Assembly: GCA_034933245.1 (NCBI GenBank)
Contig: JAYFNX010000011.1
Location: 948 to 64,947, forward strand
DNA: 64,000 bases
DNA from: Candidatus Pelethousia sp.
Lineage (GTDB): Bacteria > Bacillota > Clostridia > Christensenellales > CAG-138
Reading direction: 5' to 3'
In this document: piece by piece, positions 61,542 through 64,000 of the stretch
Layout of the letters: each line of letters opens with the position of its first letter
Numbering within the stretch: position 1 is the first letter of the stretch
Notes under the pieces: generated by a model
Database searches by the model: none
What the model was told of the DNA's origin: nothing
Seen by the model: only the letters and a program-made list of their open reading frames with translations
Position numbers and translations under genes: made by a program

Positions 61542-63143
61542 TCATTGGGCTGCGGGATTGGTGGGCGGCGGGAGGGTAGCATCACCTGTTCCACGGATGA
61601 TTTTCTGCGCAACGGCCCGATACCGGTCAGTATAGATCAAATCTTTTGAAACCAGTTCATCGCCTTGGTAGGTGTTTATGTATACATCCGCAACATAGCC
61701 CACCCTGTCTTTCGCTTCAACTTGTTCATACCCAACGGGCCAGTCGGGATTGTCCGTATACTCCGTTTCGCCGGGGGCCAATTCTTCCACGGTAATGCCT
61801 TCCGGCACGTAACGCACGCCCTCTGGAAGGGGCTGGCCGTATATATAGATGGTCATTTTGTAGTTTACCTGGTCGCAGTCCGCAAAAATATAAAGGGGCG
61901 TATCCATCTGGTTGATAAACACCAGATTTTTACCGCCGGTAGATACCGTGGCATCCAAGCCTCTGTCCGCATAGGCGCTGGGCCAGGAATGCTTGTTGCG
62001 CTCGGTAATGTTGATGGGCGCGGCAAGGGCGGTCTCTGCCGAGGCCTTCACATCGCTGCGCACGGCGCCGGCCTCCAGCAAGGAAATATACAGCGTTGTG
62101 GAAACTTGACAAATGCCGCCGCCAGGCTGCATTTCATACCGGTCGCCATTAACGATGCCGGGAGCCAGCGGCCAGCCGCCCGCTTCCGTGCGAGGCCCGA
62201 TGAACTCGTTAAAATCCAAGGTCTCCCCAGGCTGCACCACCGCGCCGTTTAACAAGGTGGTGGCCTTTTGAATGTTGCCTACTCGGTTCTTTTCCCGGCC
62301 GCTGCGGCTGGAAAAGTCGGTTTGGTAGGTGGCGCGCAGCTGGGTATTTGCTTGTATCTGATTTAGCGTGGTCTTAGGCTCGGTAAGCACCAATTCAGGA
62401 TCAAGCTGGGCTTGATAATTGCCGGCGCTAAGGCAAGCGAGGATCTCCTTGGCCAAGGTGGTCTCATCCAGTATATAACCGTTTACGCCTTCCGCATAGG
62501 TAAAAGAGGGAAGTTTGCTCTCGCTGGAAGCCCAGAAGGCATAGGGCTCGGCGGAGGGCTCTACGGGCAGCGTATCGATAGTCCGGCCGATGGTTGCAAG
62601 ACGCGCAACCAAGGCGTCTTCATCTGCTGTAAAGGTAACGGTAAACTTGCGCCCGTTTTCTTCCAAATCGCGCAGCACTTTTCTGTTTTCAGAACGGGTG
62701 CCGCTCCGGCCCACAAGCATGGCCTCGGCCAGAACGGTATCCAGGTTACTTTTTGCCTTTAAGTCTGCCGCGGTGAAAAGCCAAAGGGAGTTTTCATGCC
62801 GTATACCGATGTTGATGATGGCCGCGGATGCCTCTACATGCGGTAGAAGAGCCTCTCGTGCTTCGGCAATGGTCATACCGGCCACGTTTTTATCATCTAT
62901 GACAATCCCGTTTAAAAATGTACCTTTATTCAAATATTTCTGCAATTTTTTATCGCTTGGAAGTGCGCAAACCTGCCCCCAAGCCACAAGTGAGGCTATG
63001 AACAGAACGGCCAATAAAATAAGTGCGTGGCCAGCCAGCCTCATAAGGCGGGGTAACCGGGAACGACGGTGCCTTTTTTGCGGGGGCACCTGCTGTGGAC
63101 GATGCATTTGGCCGGTGGGACGGTGGGTTGGGGAAACGGACAT
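61542..63143 (-). CDS. VanW-family protein, membrane anchored (paralog 3)
   Basis: The preferred start is MSVSPTHRP (63143), with AAGGAGAG upstream. It has a basic N-terminus and a TM helix. VanW core GGGICQVSTTLYISLL...RNKHSWP. Confidence 0.8.
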   Translation of the reverse strand: MSVSPTHRPTGQMHRPQQVPPQKRHRRSRLPRLMRLAGHALILLAVLFIASLVAWGQVCALPSDKKLQKYLNKGTFLNGIVIDDKNVAGMTIAEAREALLPHVEASAAIINIGIRHENSLWLFTAADLKAKSNLDTVLAEAMLVGRSGTRSENRKVLRDLEENGRKFTVTFTADEDALVARLATIGRTIDTLPVEPSAEPYAFWASSESKLPSFTYAEGVNGYILDETTLAKEILACLSAGNYQAQLDPELVLTEPKTTLNQIQANTQLRATYQTDFSSRSGREKNRVGNIQKATTLLNGAVVQPGETLDFNEFIGPRTEAGGWPLAPGIVNGDRYEMQPGGGICQVSTTLYISLLEAGAVRSDVKASAETALAAPINITERNKHSWPSAYADRGLDATVSTGGKNLVFINQMDTPLYIFADCDQVNYKMTIYIYGQPLPEGVRYVPEGITVEELAPGETEYTDNPDWPVGYEQVEAKDRVGYVADVYINTYQGDELVSKDLIYTDRYRAVAQKIIRGTGDATLPPPTNPAAQ

Positions 63144-63376
63144 TAAGGGTGGCACTCTCCTTGTGGTAATATGCGCGCCTACGCGTGCCGTAACCAACAT
63201 TATATCGTAGTCCGTCTTGCGCTTCAACCTTAACATAAAGATCCCTGCTGGGAAATACAGGAAGAATTTCGGGGCTACTCTACAAAGAAGCCGGGTTGTG
63301 CATAAGGAAATAAAAAGGGAAACATAGCCGGGAATATGATATAATATGCAAAAACACGGCGAAAACGGGGTGCAAA

Positions 63377-63889
63377 ATGATTGATACGGAACGGTGCCAT
63401 CTGCGGAGATTTGAGGAAAAAGATCTAGACGCATTTATGGAATACAGAAATAATGCCCTTTGGATGCAATACCAGGGGTTTAAGGGTTTAGGCAAGGAGG
63501 CGTATTGCAGCGTGCTGCTGGCAGCGTTTAATCTGGATAAAGGCGTGCAGATCGCTATTATCCACAAAGCGGAGCAGCGGCTAATCGGCGATTTATATAT
63601 GAAGCAAGATGGGAACGAACTTTGGATTGGCTATACGATTCACCCTATGATGGCCGGCCAAGGCTATGCATATGAAGCGGTTAACGGGATGCTCGCATGG
63701 ATTCGGAAGCAAGGCTTTCGAAGGGTGCGCGCCTTGACCCTTCCCCAAAACCTTGCTTCCATTAAGCTGCTTAAAAAACTGAAATTCGGGTTCGAAGGCA
63801 CAAACGATGTGGGGGAGGAGCTTTATGCCCTGGATTTATCCCGCGCAACTGACGGGGGCGCACAGCCCGAAGCGGGAGCTTCCTTGTAG
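63377..63889 (+). CDS. GNAT-family N-acetyltransferase (RimJ/RimL-like)
   Basis: 170 aa. N-terminal TERCHLRRFEEKDLDAF and the acetyl-CoA loop MAGQGYAYEAV. Confidence 0.8.
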   Translation: MIDTERCHLRRFEEKDLDAFMEYRNNALWMQYQGFKGLGKEAYCSVLLAAFNLDKGVQIAIIHKAEQRLIGDLYMKQDGNELWIGYTIHPMMAGQGYAYEAVNGMLAWIRKQGFRRVRALTLPQNLASIKLLKKLKFGFEGTNDVGEELYALDLSRATDGGAQPEAGASL

Positions 63890-64000
63890 CCTCCTGGCCG
63901 GCCTGGACAACCTGAAATTGCCTCCAATCATAGCCCGTATACGCCTCGGCATAAGCGCCAAGCCGCGCCGCAGCCAAGAAACGGACCCTCCGGCAGGCCC

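Noticed and set aside
63144-63434. N-terminal extension of about 100 aa on the VanW-3 ORF as given in the track (start at 63434).
   Set aside because: The extension overlaps the GNAT gene start and promoter region on the other strand, has odd Cys/Phe-rich composition, and has no SD. An internal Met at 63143 with AAGGAGAG upstream gives an N-terminus like VanW-1.
63771-64000. Minus-strand ORF at the right edge that overlaps the 3' end of the GNAT gene, and a possible gene entering from beyond the window.
   Set aside because: The overlap with a well-supported gene and the lack of any motif make it unsupportable from the visible sequence.
1-64000. Search for CRISPR arrays, tRNA or rRNA genes, transposases, integrases, prophage or toxin-antitoxin/defence cassettes.
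   Set aside because: I found no regularly spaced direct repeats, no cloverleaf-like tRNA sequences in intergenic regions, and no ORFs with recombinase, transposase or typical defence motifs. The only repeats are protein-linker repeats, operators and terminators.

Overview
Moderately GC-rich, Clostridia-like chromosomal segment, judged from spoVAC/AD/AE, Rex, NfnAB-type genes and many lipoprotein solute-binding proteins (SBPs) feeding ABC, TRAP and ECF transporters. I support about 57 protein-coding genes, about 20 intrinsic-terminator hairpins and a few promoters or operators. I saw no rRNA, tRNA, CRISPR array, transposase or integrase. Housekeeping blocks are: thrC plus a BMP-type ABC importer (0.2-6.8 kb); serA-serC, nfnAB and a polar amino-acid ABC importer (7-15 kb); spoVA, VanW, ECF-S/coaX and an M20 peptidase plus DUF3798-type ABC importer (36-49 kb); and uvrBA, nitroreductase, rex, GntR, an orphan DNA methyltransferase, an aminotransferase and a GNAT (49.6-64 kb). 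The stand-out region is 15.1-35.5 kb. It holds a selenium-utilisation island: an XdhC/YqeB-like maturase fused in frame to a dUTPase, a selD that is itself a UGA-encoded selenoprotein and is truncated by the ORF track, DUF3343, a TusA/YedF-like protein, YedE, and a class-V cysteine/selenocysteine desulfurase. This island sits next to a PucR-associated catabolic locus. That locus has an M20 hydrolase and a large fold-type II PLP enzyme transcribed divergently, then a DPD/DHODH-like Fe-S flavoenzyme, a TRAP transporter, and a four-subunit NdhFSLM-type molybdenum hydroxylase with a naturally split Mo subunit. I read this as a selenium-dependent molybdenum-hydroxylase pathway for an unidentified carboxylated N-heterocycle. 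All protein calls rest on motif recognition by eye, and no database search or RNA folding was run.
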